DNA of 64,000 bases from an uncultured Clostridiaceae bacterium (lineage in GTDB: Bacteria > Bacillota > Clostridia > TANB77 > CAG-465). The DNA is taken from contig CAMVON010000005.1 of assembly GCA_947169155.1 (NCBI GenBank), forward strand, positions 70,949 through 134,948, given 5' to 3'. Positions within the stretch are counted from its first letter, which is position 1, and each line of letters begins with the position of its first letter. The position numbers and the translations under genes were made by a program. The notes under the pieces were generated by a model. The model saw nothing but the letters and a program-made list of their open reading frames with translations, made no database searches and was not told the DNA's origin. Shown piece by piece: positions 1 to 9,895 of this stretch.

Positions 1-1
1 A

Positions 2-190
2 TTAACTTTTGTTCATATTTTAGGAATATCTTTAACAGGAACATCTGTTAACCCAGCAAGATCATTATCTGCAGCACTATTCTCAGGAGCTACAGCTATG
101 TTTCAAGTATGGGTATTTATTGTAGCACCATTTGTTGGAGCAGCAATAGCAGCAGTTCTTTACAGATGCTTAAACAAAGAAGAAAAATAA
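2..190 (+). CDS. aqpZ: Aquaporin Z / MIP-family channel, C-terminal fragment (5' end lies outside the window)
   Basis: Frame-2 translation gives ...GISLTGTSVNPARSLSAALFSGATAMFQVWVFIVAPFVGAAIAAVLYRCLNKEEK*; this contains the second NPA(R) box and the C-terminal helix typical of AqpZ/GlpF. Confidence 0.8.
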   Translation, partial: LTFVHILGISLTGTSVNPARSLSAALFSGATAMFQVWVFIVAPFVGAAIAAVLYRCLNKEEK

Positions 191-209
191 TAAGTAATTG
201 TTAATACCA

Positions 210-241
210 GAAGGAAAGAGTAATTCTTTCCTTCTTTTTTT
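210..241 (+). terminator. Rho-independent terminator after aqpZ
   Basis: Stem GAAGGAAAG / CTTTCCTTC followed by a T7 run. Confidence 0.7.
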
Positions 242-298
242 GTTTGACATAGAATTGAAAAAATAATAAATAATATATGAAAATTTGTTCATATGTTA

Positions 299-327
299 TT
301 GACAATGTTAATATATAAGAATATAAT
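299..327 (+). promoter_or_regulatory. SigA-type promoter (TTGACA, 17-nt spacer, TATAAT) for the ABC transporter operon
   Basis: TTGACA at 299-304, 17-nt spacer, TATAAT at 322-327. Confidence 0.6.
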
Positions 328-336
328 TATCTTGTA

Positions 337-358
337 CATATGAATAATCATTCATATG
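337..358. promoter_or_regulatory. Perfect 9-N4-9 inverted repeat (CATATGAAT-AATC-ATTCATATG) between the -10 and the RBS; candidate repressor operator
   Basis: Perfect palindrome read directly; it sits at about +10 to +31 relative to the predicted -10. Confidence 0.5.
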
Positions 359-372
359 TTAAAGGAGGAAAA

Positions 373-1074
373 ATGGGAAAAATTATTGAATTAAAAAACG
401 TTAAAAAGACATACGTAATCGGTGAGCAACAATTTAATGCACTAGATGGTGTGGACTTAGAAATAGACCAAGGAGAATTTGTAGTAATACTTGGACCAAG
501 TGGTGCAGGTAAATCTACATTACTTAATTTACTTGGTGGAATGGATAAAGTTACTAGTGGAAGTATATTTGTTGGAGAAAATGAAGTATCTAAATATTCA
601 GACAAAGAACTTACACGTTACAGAGCAAATGAAGTTGGATTTATTTTTCAATTTTATAACATTATGCCAACTCTTACAGTTGAAGAAAATGTTAATTTAA
701 TTAAAGATGTAACTAATACATCTAAAGATGCAAAAGAAGTATTAGATAGTGTGGGATTACTTAAACATGCAAATAAATTTCCACAAGAGTTATCTGGTGG
801 TGAACAACAAAGGGTTTCTATTGCAAGAGCAATAATGAAAAATCCTAAGGTTCTTCTATGTGATGAACCAACAGGTGCACTAGATTCAAAAACAGGTGTT
901 GAAGTATTGAAACTACTTAGAACACAAGCAGACAATGATACAACAGTAATTATTGTTACACATAACTCATTAATAGCAGAAGTAGCAGATAGAGTTATTA
1001 GAATAAAAAATGGTAAAGTTGAATCTAATGAGAAAAATGAACATCCAAAAGATATTGATGAGGTTAAATGGTAG
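373..1074 (+). CDS. ABC transporter ATP-binding protein (MacB/BceA/LolD-like)
   Basis: Walker [10 protein letters not shown], signature LSGGEQQR and Walker B LLCDEPT are present. The ATG at 373 follows the RBS AAAGGAGG; the tracked start at 340 lies inside the palindrome. Confidence 0.85.
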   Translation: MGKIIELKNVKKTYVIGEQQFNALDGVDLEIDQGEFVVILGPSGAGKSTLLNLLGGMDKVTSGSIFVGENEVSKYSDKELTRYRANEVGFIFQFYNIMPTLTVEENVNLIKDVTNTSKDAKEVLDSVGLLKHANKFPQELSGGEQQRVSIARAIMKNPKVLLCDEPTGALDSKTGVEVLKLLRTQADNDTTVIIVTHNSLIAEVADRVIRIKNGKVESNEKNEHPKDIDEVKW

Positions 1075-1075
1075 T

Positions 1076-3454
1076 ATGTTAATTAAAAAGATGTTTAGAG
1101 ATATTTGCAAGAATTTATCTCAGTTTATAACTATATTTTTAATGGTTATGATAGGTGTAATGGCATATTCTGGCATAAAGGCATATATGGATGGTATGTC
1201 TAAGACTTCAGAGACATTTTATACTGAAAATAATCTTTTTGATCTTAACTTGATAGGTGCAAATTTTACTACAGATGATTTAAAAGATATTAAAGAAATA
1301 GATAATGTAAAAGATGCAGAAAGAAAGTTATACTTAACTGGTGTTACAGATAATAACAAAACACTACTTATGAGCTTTATTGAGTCAAATAATATTTGTA
1401 AATTCTATGTTGTAGATGGTGAAGCTTTTGATGCAAATAAATCTGGTGTATGGCTAGATGAGTTTTATGCTAAAGAAAATGATATTCATGTTGGAGATGA
1501 AATACTTGTTAAGTATGAATCAATGGAACTACATGAAAAAGTTTTAGGACTAATTAATGTTCCAGATCACTTGTATGATACAAGAGATGAGTCTGAACTT
1601 TATCCAGATAGAAAAGAATTTGGATTTGCATATTTAAGTGCAAATGAAATAACAAGAGACTATGTAATAGATTTAGCTAAAAATAGTCAAGATATGGCAG
1701 GTCTTGATGAATCAATAATATTTAACATTATTACTGAGGACAATTATAAAGATTATATAATATTTAACTATGTTATGGTTGATGTAGATGATGTGGATAA
1801 AGTAAATGAAGTTAAAGAAGAAATAGAAGATAAAATTGAAAGTGCAGTTGCAATAGTAAAAGCAGAAGATACAGCTTCATATGTTACTTACCAAGGTGAA
1901 ATAGATGAAGGTAAGACTTATGTTGGAGTATTTTCAGGATTATTCTTATTTATTGCTATGCTTTCAGTAATTACAACAATGACAAGAGTTGTTAAAAACC
2001 AAAGAACTCAAATTGGTACTCTTAAAGCTCTTGGATTTAGTAATGCAAAAATATTAATGCATTATATTGGATATGGATTTTGGATTTCACTTGTTGCAGC
2101 AGTTGTTGGATTAGTACTTGGATACTTTGGAATAGGTAACGTATTTATAGGACTTGAAATGGCATTTTTTGAAATTCCAAATGGGGCACCTGCAATGAAT
2201 AGTGGAAGCTATGCAGTAGCAATAGGAGTAGTGCTTGCAGTAGTATTAATTTCATACATTACTTGTAGAAGTATATTAAAAGAAAATCCTGCTGAAACTT
2301 TGAGAAATAAGATACCTAATGTTAAAGGTAAATCTTTAAATATTACTACTAAAGGATTATTTAAGAAACTAAGCTTTTCTAGTAAGTGGAATATTAGAGA
2401 TATAGTACGTAATAAAATGAGAACATTTATGGCTCTTGCTGGAGTTGTTGGATGCTGTATGCTAATTGTTTGTGCTCTTGGAATGCTAGATTCTATGAAT
2501 TTCTTTGTAGATTTACAATTTAGTACACTTTATAATTTTGATTACAAACTAAACCTAAAAGAAGGATTATCTTCTAGTGATGTAAAAGCAATCACAGATA
2601 AATATGGAGATGCTACTTCTCAAAGTTTAGGAATTGAAATTAAAAATGATAATGGTGAAAAAGAAGCAAATAATATCTTTGTTACCGATGCTAAAGACTA
2701 TGTAAGATTTGTAAATAGAAAAAATAAAATAATAGACAAACCAGAAGATAATGGTGTATTTGTTACACAAAAACTTGCTGAAACTAAAGGATATAAGTTA
2801 GGAGATACAATTACTTGGCACATTTATGGTGATGATAAATATTATACATCTCAAATCATTGGATTTAATAAAGATCCACAAAATCAAAATGTAACTATGA
2901 CTAGGGCATATCTTGAATCATTAGGTATTGAGTATAAACCTAATGCTATATATACAAATATGAATTTGAGTGAAACTAAGGAAATAAAAAATATTGAAAC
3001 TATACAAGATATTGAATCTTTAAAAGAAGGTATGACAGGAATGCTTTCAATGATGAAAACAATGCTTGTATTAATAATTGGAATAGCAGTATTATTAGGT
3101 GCAATTATTATATACAATTTAGGAATACTTTCTTATACAGAAAAACAATATCAATTTGCAACATTAAAAGTACTTGGATTTAAAGATAGTCAAATTAAAA
3201 ATATATTTGTTAAACAAAATAACTGGATAGCAATTTTGTCTATTATAATTGGTCTTCCTTTAGGATTTTATTTAACAGATTGGCTATTTAAGACAGCGAT
3301 AGAAGAGCATTATGATTTTGGCGCAAGTATAACAGTTCAAACATATATTATTGCTGCTATTGGAACTTTTGTAGTATCATATTTAGTATCTAAGTTCTTA
3401 GCAAGAAAAATTAAAAACATAGATATGGTAACAAGTCTTAAAGCTAATGAATAG
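1076..3454 (+). CDS. ABC transporter permease with two FtsX domains and a large extracytoplasmic domain (BceB/MacB-type)
   Basis: About 800 aa with two FtsX-like 4-TM modules ([15 protein letters not shown]... and [15 protein letters not shown]...). It lies immediately downstream of the ATPase. The ATG at 1076 avoids the overlap; the tracked start is 1010. Confidence 0.75.
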   Translation: MLIKKMFRDICKNLSQFITIFLMVMIGVMAYSGIKAYMDGMSKTSETFYTENNLFDLNLIGANFTTDDLKDIKEIDNVKDAERKLYLTGVTDNNKTLLMSFIESNNICKFYVVDGEAFDANKSGVWLDEFYAKENDIHVGDEILVKYESMELHEKVLGLINVPDHLYDTRDESELYPDRKEFGFAYLSANEITRDYVIDLAKNSQDMAGLDESIIFNIITEDNYKDYIIFNYVMVDVDDVDKVNEVKEEIEDKIESAVAIVKAEDTASYVTYQGEIDEGKTYVGVFSGLFLFIAMLSVITTMTRVVKNQRTQIGTLKALGFSNAKILMHYIGYGFWISLVAAVVGLVLGYFGIGNVFIGLEMAFFEIPNGAPAMNSGSYAVAIGVVLAVVLISYITCRSILKENPAETLRNKIPNVKGKSLNITTKGLFKKLSFSSKWNIRDIVRNKMRTFMALAGVVGCCMLIVCALGMLDSMNFFVDLQFSTLYNFDYKLNLKEGLSSSDVKAITDKYGDATSQSLGIEIKNDNGEKEANNIFVTDAKDYVRFVNRKNKIIDKPEDNGVFVTQKLAETKGYKLGDTITWHIYGDDKYYTSQIIGFNKDPQNQNVTMTRAYLESLGIEYKPNAIYTNMNLSETKEIKNIETIQDIESLKEGMTGMLSMMKTMLVLIIGIAVLLGAIIIYNLGILSYTEKQYQFATLKVLGFKDSQIKNIFVKQNNWIAILSIIIGLPLGFYLTDWLFKTAIEEHYDFGASITVQTYIIAAIGTFVVSYLVSKFLARKIKNIDMVTSLKANE

Positions 3455-3474
3455 TTTGTGATAGAGGTGAAAAT

Positions 3475-4257
3475 ATGGATACAAATATAATAATAGGATT
3501 ATTAATTCCATTTCTTGGTACTGCACTTGGTGCTGCTATGGTATTCTTTATGAAAAATACCATGAATAAAAAACTAGAAAAAATTTTGTTAGGTTTTGCA
3601 TCAGGAGTAATGATTGCAGCATCAGTTTGGTCACTACTTATTCCTTCAATAGATATGGCTCAAGAGCAAGGAAAAATTGCTTGGGTGCCAGCAGCAGTTG
3701 GATTTTTACTTGGAATATTATTTTTACTTGTATTAGATAGTGTTATACCACATTTACATTTAAATAGTAATGAACCAGAAGGAATAAAAGCAAAACTTAA
3801 AAAAACAACAATGATGGTATTTGCAGTAACTTTACACAATATTCCAGAAGGAATGGCAGTGGGTGTTGCTTTTGCAGGTGCCATGACACAAAATACAGGC
3901 ATTACTATAGCGGGAGCTTTGGCTCTTGCAATAGGCATTGCTATACAAAACTTTCCAGAGGGGGCAATTATTTCTATGCCACTTAAAAGTGAAGGGATGT
4001 CTAAGCCTAAAGCATTTTCACTTGGAGTACTATCTGGAATAGTTGAACCAATTGGTGCAATAATTACAATACTTTTAACTAGTTTAGTTGTTCCAATTCT
4101 ACCATATTTGCTAGCTTTTGCAGCAGGTGCAATGATTTATGTTGTTGTTGAAGAATTAATACCAGAAGCTCAAGATGGTGAACATTCAAACTTAGCAACA
4201 ATTGGTGTTGCAATAGGTTTTGTAATTATGATGATATTAGATGTTGCTTTAGGGTAA
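3475..4257 (+). CDS. zupT: ZIP family metal (zinc) transporter, ZupT-like
   Basis: HNIPEGMAVG and the second motif FPEGAIISMPL are present; the protein is polytopic with 8 TM helices. Confidence 0.8.
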   Translation: MDTNIIIGLLIPFLGTALGAAMVFFMKNTMNKKLEKILLGFASGVMIAASVWSLLIPSIDMAQEQGKIAWVPAAVGFLLGILFLLVLDSVIPHLHLNSNEPEGIKAKLKKTTMMVFAVTLHNIPEGMAVGVAFAGAMTQNTGITIAGALALAIGIAIQNFPEGAIISMPLKSEGMSKPKAFSLGVLSGIVEPIGAIITILLTSLVVPILPYLLAFAAGAMIYVVVEELIPEAQDGEHSNLATIGVAIGFVIMMILDVALG

Positions 4258-4278
4258 TAAATTATAGGAGGTATTTTA

Positions 4279-4971
4279 ATGATAAAATTAGTATTAGTAA
4301 GACATGGACAAAGTATGTGGAATCTAGAAAATAGATTCACAGGTTGGACAGATGTAGAATTATCTGAACAAGGAATAAAAGAAGCTAAAGAGGCTGGAGC
4401 TGTTTTAAAAGAAAAAGGCTTTGCTTTTGATGTTGCTTATACATCAGTATTAAAAAGAGCTAATGATACATTAGACTATATTCTAAGAGAATTAGGTCAA
4501 ACAGATATACCAATAAAGAAAAGCTGGAGATTAAATGAGAGACATTACGGAGCATTACAAGGATTAAATAAAGATGAAACAAGAGAAAAATATGGTGCAG
4601 AACAAGTCCTTCTTTGGAGAAGAAGTACAGATGTTAAACCACCAGAATTAAGTGAAGATGATGAAAGATATCCTGGAAATGATCCCAAATATAAAGATTT
4701 GTCTAAAGATGAATTACCTACAACAGAAAATTTAATAGATACTATTAATAGAGTTATGGTGCTTTGGAATTCAGACATAAAGAAAGATTTAGAAGATGGA
4801 AAAAGAATAATAATAGCTGCTCATGGGAATAGTTTAAGAGGGCTAATAAAGTATTTGGATAATATGACAGATGAAGAAATTATTAAACTTGAACTTCAAA
4901 CAGGAAATCCTATTTGTTATGAATTAGATGATAATTTAAGACCTATAAGACATTATTATTTGAAAGATTAA
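4279..4971 (+). CDS. gpmA: 2,3-bisphosphoglycerate-dependent phosphoglycerate mutase
   Basis: N-terminus [29 protein letters not shown] with catalytic RHG and a later HGNSLR motif; 230 aa. Confidence 0.9.
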   Translation: MIKLVLVRHGQSMWNLENRFTGWTDVELSEQGIKEAKEAGAVLKEKGFAFDVAYTSVLKRANDTLDYILRELGQTDIPIKKSWRLNERHYGALQGLNKDETREKYGAEQVLLWRRSTDVKPPELSEDDERYPGNDPKYKDLSKDELPTTENLIDTINRVMVLWNSDIKKDLEDGKRIIIAAHGNSLRGLIKYLDNMTDEEIIKLELQTGNPICYELDDNLRPIRHYYLKD

Positions 4972-5016
4972 ACTTGAATGCAAACTATAAATAGTGAACC
5001 TTTATATTTAAGAAAA

Positions 5017-5045
5017 TGGAGACTTTTTTAGTCTCTATTTTTATA
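5017..5045 (+). terminator. Rho-independent terminator after gpmA
   Basis: GGAGACT-TTTTTT-AGTCTCT followed by a T run. Confidence 0.6.
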
Positions 5046-5122
5046 TATAAATTTAATATAAAAAATATTTGCTTTTTCTACATTTTGTGATAGAATATAA
5101 TCAGTTTTAAGAGGTGGTATAT

Positions 5123-5533
5123 ATGGCACTAGAATCATTACGTAATTTATTAGATATTTTCAAAGGAAATAAAACTACTAGAGAATATTCGCCTAATATA
5201 GATAAAGAATATTCAAGCTATTTTAAGGATGAAGACTGCCCTTATGCGATTACGCCAAAAATGGCAGAAGATATAGCTTCAAAAAGATTATATAAAGACT
5301 ATGTAAAAAAATGTAAAGAAAGATATACAGGTTTCTGGATTACAGATGCTGCTATGGATGTAGTAGATGTTGAAAATAGAAAATGTTACTTGTATCAAGT
5401 AAAAGAGGCAGATATTGCTTGGAGAAAAAATGGAGATGACTATGATGGTATTGTATCTCCTGAAGGTTTAAGATATTTAAGATGTTTAGTAGATGTTAAT
5501 TCTGGAGAATACAAATATTATCCAGACAAATAG
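5123..5533 (+). CDS. Hypothetical protein (about 137 aa)
   Basis: ORF with RBS GAGGTGG 6 nt upstream of the ATG at 5123; no recognisable motif. Confidence 0.5.
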   Translation: MALESLRNLLDIFKGNKTTREYSPNIDKEYSSYFKDEDCPYAITPKMAEDIASKRLYKDYVKKCKERYTGFWITDAAMDVVDVENRKCYLYQVKEADIAWRKNGDDYDGIVSPEGLRYLRCLVDVNSGEYKYYPDK

Positions 5534-5543
5534 ATAAGAATAT

Positions 5544-5573
5544 GAGACTACTTTTTGGTGGTCTCTTTTTTGT
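5544..5573 (+). terminator. Rho-independent terminator
   Basis: GAGACTAC-TTTTTG-GTGGTCTC plus T6; it sits inside the N-terminal extension of the tracked ORF 5542. Confidence 0.6.
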
Positions 5574-5634
5574 TTATATATATTATTTTAATCTCTTTTA
5601 TGATATAATTAATTCAAAGTTGGGAGGGATAAGT

Positions 5635-6132
5635 ATGAGACTTAGAAAGTACAAAAAAGAAGATGCAATAGAAATAGTAAAATGGATAAAAACAGAAAGA
5701 GAAAAAGCACTTTGGAGTGCAAATAGATATAAAAAATTTCCACTGACTCCAGAAGATATTAATTTAGAATACGATAATACAGCAAAAATATGTAATTTTT
5801 ATCCTATGACTCTTACTGATGGAAATAAAGTTGTTGGTCATATCATACTTAGAAATCCTAGTGAAGACAAAAGCATATTTCGTTTTGGATATGTAATTGT
5901 ATCTTCAACTATACGTGGAAAAGGCTATGGAAAATCATTACTTCTAGAAGCTATAAGATATGCTAAAGAAAAACTTGGTGCTAAAAAGATTACTCTTGGT
6001 GTATTTATGGAAAATGAATCAGCAGTTAAATGTTATGAGGCAGTCGGCTTTAAGATAGTAGATGTTGGAAAAGAAACTTTTACATTTAAAGATGAAAAAT
6101 GGTCTTTTGCAGAAATGGAATATCAATATTAG
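5635..6132 (+). CDS. GNAT family N-acetyltransferase
   Basis: Acetyl-CoA motif RGKGYGKSLL. RBS GGGAGGG before the ATG at 5635; the upstream part of the tracked ORF contains a terminator. Confidence 0.75.
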   Translation: MRLRKYKKEDAIEIVKWIKTEREKALWSANRYKKFPLTPEDINLEYDNTAKICNFYPMTLTDGNKVVGHIILRNPSEDKSIFRFGYVIVSSTIRGKGYGKSLLLEAIRYAKEKLGAKKITLGVFMENESAVKCYEAVGFKIVDVGKETFTFKDEKWSFAEMEYQY

Positions 6133-6144
6133 AGAGGTATTTTT

Positions 6145-7779
6145 ATGGAAAAAGTGAAATCTTTTTTTAAGAAAACAATTGAATCTATTAAAAACGGAAT
6201 TAAAGAGTTCCCACTTACAATGATTATTGTTGCATTTTGTACACTTCTTATTAGTTTTAATATTATATTTGAAGCATGGGATGAAGAAGGTATATTAAAG
6301 TTTATTTATGCAGCAGCAATATTTGCAATTGGTTCGTTCTTTACTGAAGTAACTAAAAAAGAAGAGAAAAAATCTAAGATGATAATGTATATTTTATCTT
6401 TCTTAATTGCAATAGGTTTTTGGGCATTTGCTTATGCAGAAGATGAAGTAATTCTTGCAAATGCATTAAAAATAGCAATAAGCTACTGTGCTATTTTGGG
6501 TACAATTAGTATTTATATTCTTCAAAAGAAAAGCAATTTAGATTTTGGAGAATACATCAGAGAACTAATTATTAGTGGTATAAAAGTAGGAATTACATCT
6601 ACAGTTTTAACTATAGGTTCATTGTTCATATATATTGTTTTATCTGAACTTTTTGATTTAGATTATGATATAGCAGAAAGAATAATGATTGTATTAATTA
6701 CATGTATTTATGGACTTTATGCACTTCCTAGAATGATAGGAGTATTTAAAGTAGAAAATAAAACAGATAACAAATTTTTTGAGGGATTATTTAAATATGC
6801 ACTTGGTGGTATTATTCTTATAATTACCACAATTATATATGCATATATATTAAAAATAATATTCTCACTTGATGTACCTTCAAATGTTATTTATAGAATA
6901 ACTGCTGTGTTATTCTTCTTTGCAGCTGTTACTTGGACAGTTGTAAATAGTTATGAAGCAAAAGATTTTTATGGAAAAATATTTAAATATTTACCTTATC
7001 TATTCTTACCATTTATTATTCTTCAAATATATAGTTTAGGAGCAAGAATAGTAGAAAATGGACTTACTCCAGTAAGATATATAGGTGTTATGTACATTAT
7101 TTTTGAATGTATATATTTAGGATTATATAAGTTTAATAAAGAAAAGCTTTCTAATATTTTATTAGTATTTGGAGTAATTACATTTATTACACTTTCAGTA
7201 CCAGTTATAAATATGGATAAACTTTCTGAACTTAACCAAATGGCTAGAGTAAAGACATTCTTTAAAGTAGATGATCCAGAAAATGATTTAACAGATGAGC
7301 AAAAAGCTAAAATTAGAGGAGCATACTATTATATAAAAAATTATTTACCTGATGGATATAATAAAATAGATGAAATTTTTTCTGATGATGAACAAGAAAT
7401 AATAATAAACTTCAATTATAAAAAACAAGATTCTGAACCAGAAAAAGAAACAAAATATATGTATAGAAGTAAAGAATTAGATTTTGTAAGTATTGATAAT
7501 TATTCTAAACTATATAATTTGGATTATTATTTAAGTAGTTATAGAAGTGAAGCTCTAGATGAGGATTATCTTTACGAACTAGAAGATAATAAATTTATAG
7601 ATTTAAAACCACTTATAGCAAAATTAATAGAAAATGATGTAGAAGATGAGAATGAATATCTTTATGAATTTGACATAGCCGAAAATTATCATATTATAGT
7701 TACCTATGTTAATTTAAACTATTATGAAGATGGCAGTGTGGATAACTGTTCAATTGAAGGATATATATTAGAAAAATAG
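6145..7779 (+). CDS. Polytopic membrane protein of unknown function with an acidic Tyr/Asp/Glu-rich C-terminal tail
   Basis: About 10 predicted TM helices in the N-terminal 350 aa, then a D/E/Y-rich hydrophilic C-terminus. Confidence 0.55.
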   Translation: MEKVKSFFKKTIESIKNGIKEFPLTMIIVAFCTLLISFNIIFEAWDEEGILKFIYAAAIFAIGSFFTEVTKKEEKKSKMIMYILSFLIAIGFWAFAYAEDEVILANALKIAISYCAILGTISIYILQKKSNLDFGEYIRELIISGIKVGITSTVLTIGSLFIYIVLSELFDLDYDIAERIMIVLITCIYGLYALPRMIGVFKVENKTDNKFFEGLFKYALGGIILIITTIIYAYILKIIFSLDVPSNVIYRITAVLFFFAAVTWTVVNSYEAKDFYGKIFKYLPYLFLPFIILQIYSLGARIVENGLTPVRYIGVMYIIFECIYLGLYKFNKEKLSNILLVFGVITFITLSVPVINMDKLSELNQMARVKTFFKVDDPENDLTDEQKAKIRGAYYYIKNYLPDGYNKIDEIFSDDEQEIIINFNYKKQDSEPEKETKYMYRSKELDFVSIDNYSKLYNLDYYLSSYRSEALDEDYLYELEDNKFIDLKPLIAKLIENDVEDENEYLYEFDIAENYHIIVTYVNLNYYEDGSVDNCSIEGYILEK

Positions 7780-7795
7780 TAAAGGAGTGATTTAG

Positions 7796-8326
7796 ATGGA
7801 ACATATAAAACTTGTTGTACCAAATGGAAATTATGAGTCTCAAGTAATGAGAGCAAGAGAAGATATATTAAATCTTGGAGAGCATTTTGATGGCTGTGAA
7901 GGCCTAGAAGATGTAAGCTCTTATACAGAGTGGCTAGATTTTGAAAACAGACTTAAAGCAAGATATGGTGAGGGGTATGTTCCATCAGATATATACCTTG
8001 CAGTAACAGAGGAGACAGATATAGTTGTAGGTATCATAGATTTTAGACATTACTTATCTGACTTTTTACTTCAATATGGTGGACATATTGGATATAGCGT
8101 TGTTCCTGCTCAAAGAAGAAAAGGTTATGGAACAGAGATGTTAAGGATAATGCTAGAAGATTTAAAACAAAGAGGTGAAAAAAGATTACTTCTTTGTGTA
8201 GATAAAGAAAATATACCATCAGTTAAAATTATAACAAAAAATGGTGGAATACTAGAAAATGAAGTAGAATATGGTGCTGGATTTACAAATTCAGGAATTA
8301 TACAAAGATATTGGATAGATTTATAG
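7796..8326 (+). CDS. GNAT family N-acetyltransferase
   Basis: QRRKGYGTEML acetyl-CoA binding motif. Confidence 0.7.
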   Translation: MEHIKLVVPNGNYESQVMRAREDILNLGEHFDGCEGLEDVSSYTEWLDFENRLKARYGEGYVPSDIYLAVTEETDIVVGIIDFRHYLSDFLLQYGGHIGYSVVPAQRRKGYGTEMLRIMLEDLKQRGEKRLLLCVDKENIPSVKIITKNGGILENEVEYGAGFTNSGIIQRYWIDL

Positions 8327-8334
8327 GGGAGAAT

Positions 8335-8718
8335 ATGAAAAAGATAGTTTTAAGTGGATCAAAAAGATTTATTCCTAAGTTTTTTGAACTTGAAGAAAAG
8401 CTTAAAGCAAAAGGTTATGAGGTTATTGTACCACAAGAGTTTATTGTAGAGATGACAAAAAGAGATGGCTCACTTCTACATTTTAAACAGATAGATAAAG
8501 ATGATGTGGATGCAGTACTTACTGTAAATGAGCAAAAGGAAGATACACCAAATTATATTGGTGCAAATGGATTTGCAGAAATTGCTTTTGCTTTTTATAA
8601 AGGAAGAAAAGTTTTCCTTTTAAATGATATTTATCCACCATATGAAGAAGAACTTGTAGGTTGGGATGTAATACCATTAAAAGGAGATATAGATAAAATA
8701 GATGAATATCTAAAATAG
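8335..8718 (+). CDS. Small Rossmann-like protein, possibly nucleoside 2-deoxyribosyltransferase-like; paralog of 35835..36137
   Basis: MKKIVLSGSKRF...EEKLKAKGYEVIVPQ resembles MKIITVCGSYKY...AEKLALEGNCVITP at 35835. Confidence 0.45.
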   Translation: MKKIVLSGSKRFIPKFFELEEKLKAKGYEVIVPQEFIVEMTKRDGSLLHFKQIDKDDVDAVLTVNEQKEDTPNYIGANGFAEIAFAFYKGRKVFLLNDIYPPYEEELVGWDVIPLKGDIDKIDEYLK

Positions 8719-8729
8719 GAGGAGATTAT

Positions 8730-9566
8730 ATGAAAACAGTAGTTATTACAGGAAGTGCTAGAGGGCTTGGTTACAACATGGCTAGGTTTTTTAGAGAGTA
8801 TAATTACAATGTTGTACTTAGCGATTTAAATGAAGAAAAATTAAAAATTGCAAAAGAAGAATTAGAAAAAACACCTAGTGAAGCAGACATTACTTATACA
8901 ACTTGTGATGTTTCTAAAATTGAAGAATTACAAGCTTTAATGGATTTTGCACTTGAAAAGTTTGGTGAGGTAGATATTTGGATTAATAATGCAGGTGTTA
9001 ATCAACCTCAAAAAGCAATTTGGGAATTAACAGAACAAGAGATAAACACTATAATAGATGTAGACTTAAAAGGTGCAATTTTTGGTTCAAAAGTTGCAAT
9101 TGAACAAATGTCTAAACAACATAAAGGTGCTGTATACAATATTGAGGGATATGGTAGCAATGATGCACATATGTTAGGTCTTAATATGTATGGTATAAGT
9201 AAACGTGCTGTAACTTATCTTACAGAAGCATTAGCACAAGAGTGTGAGCAACAAGGCAATGGTGTAATAGTTGGAAAATTATCTCCTGGCATTATGATTA
9301 CGGAGTTTACTACTCATTCACTTGGTAATGATAAAATAGAACTAGCAGAAAAAACTAAGAAAGTATATAACATTTTAGGTGATACACCAGAGACTGTTGG
9401 TAAATTCTTAGTAGATAAAATGGTAAATAATACTAAAAATAATGTTAAGTTTAATTGGTTAACTAATGGTAAAGCATTTACTAGATTTTTAACTGCTGAA
9501 TTTAATAAAAGAAACTTCTTTGGTGAGAATCAAAAATTATTAACAGATAAAGATAAAAATAAATAA
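8730..9566 (+). CDS. SDR family oxidoreductase
   Basis: TGSARGLG glycine-rich NAD(P)-binding motif and the NNAG motif. Confidence 0.75.
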   Translation: MKTVVITGSARGLGYNMARFFREYNYNVVLSDLNEEKLKIAKEELEKTPSEADITYTTCDVSKIEELQALMDFALEKFGEVDIWINNAGVNQPQKAIWELTEQEINTIIDVDLKGAIFGSKVAIEQMSKQHKGAVYNIEGYGSNDAHMLGLNMYGISKRAVTYLTEALAQECEQQGNGVIVGKLSPGIMITEFTTHSLGNDKIELAEKTKKVYNILGDTPETVGKFLVDKMVNNTKNNVKFNWLTNGKAFTRFLTAEFNKRNFFGENQKLLTDKDKNK

Positions 9567-9578
9567 TAAGAATAATGT

Positions 9579-9607
9579 AAAAAGGTGGTGTTCCCACCTT
9601 TTTATTT
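9579..9607 (+). terminator. Rho-independent terminator
   Basis: AAAAGGTGG-TGTTC-CCACCTTTT followed by a T run. Confidence 0.7.
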
Positions 9608-9665
9608 TACTCCTTTTATGGTATAATCTTGGTGAAAAAAATGTAACATAAAGGGGGATAATGTT

Positions 9666-9881
9666 ATGAAAGAAATTGAATTAAAAGTAACAGGAATGCA
9701 CTGTGGTGGATGTGAAAATAGAGTTAAAAACGCAGTGTCAGATATAAAAGGTGTAAAATCTGTTACAGCAGATCATGAAGCATGTAAAGTTAATGTTGAG
9801 TTTAAAAAAGATGTAGATGATAATGTTGTAAAAGAAGTTAAAGAGGCAATAGAGAGATTAGACTTTAAAGTAGAAGAATAA
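9666..9881 (+). CDS. copZ: Copper chaperone with a heavy-metal-associated domain (CopZ-like)
   Basis: TGMHCGGC metal-binding motif (GMxCxxC); 71 aa. Confidence 0.8.
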   Translation: MKEIELKVTGMHCGGCENRVKNAVSDIKGVKSVTADHEACKVNVEFKKDVDDNVVKEVKEAIERLDFKVEE

Positions 9882-9895
9882 GTGGAGAAAAGCTT

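Noticed and set aside
340-372. Tracked start codon at 340 for the ABC ATPase gene
   Set aside because: It has no RBS and lies inside the 22-bp palindrome. The ATG at 373 has an AAAGGAGG RBS.
348-935. Minus-strand and alternative-frame ORFs inside the ABC ATPase gene (348..605-, 491..700+, 654..935-)
   Set aside because: They lie entirely within a well-supported ABC ATPase CDS that has Walker and signature motifs, so they are shadow ORFs.
9608-9665. Searched the copZ upstream region for a CsoR or CopY operator
   Set aside because: Only a weak 4-1-4 dyad (ATGTAACAT) follows an extended -10 (TGGTATAAT). There is no TACAnnTGTA box or CsoR-type GC-rich dyad, and no regulator gene is adjacent.
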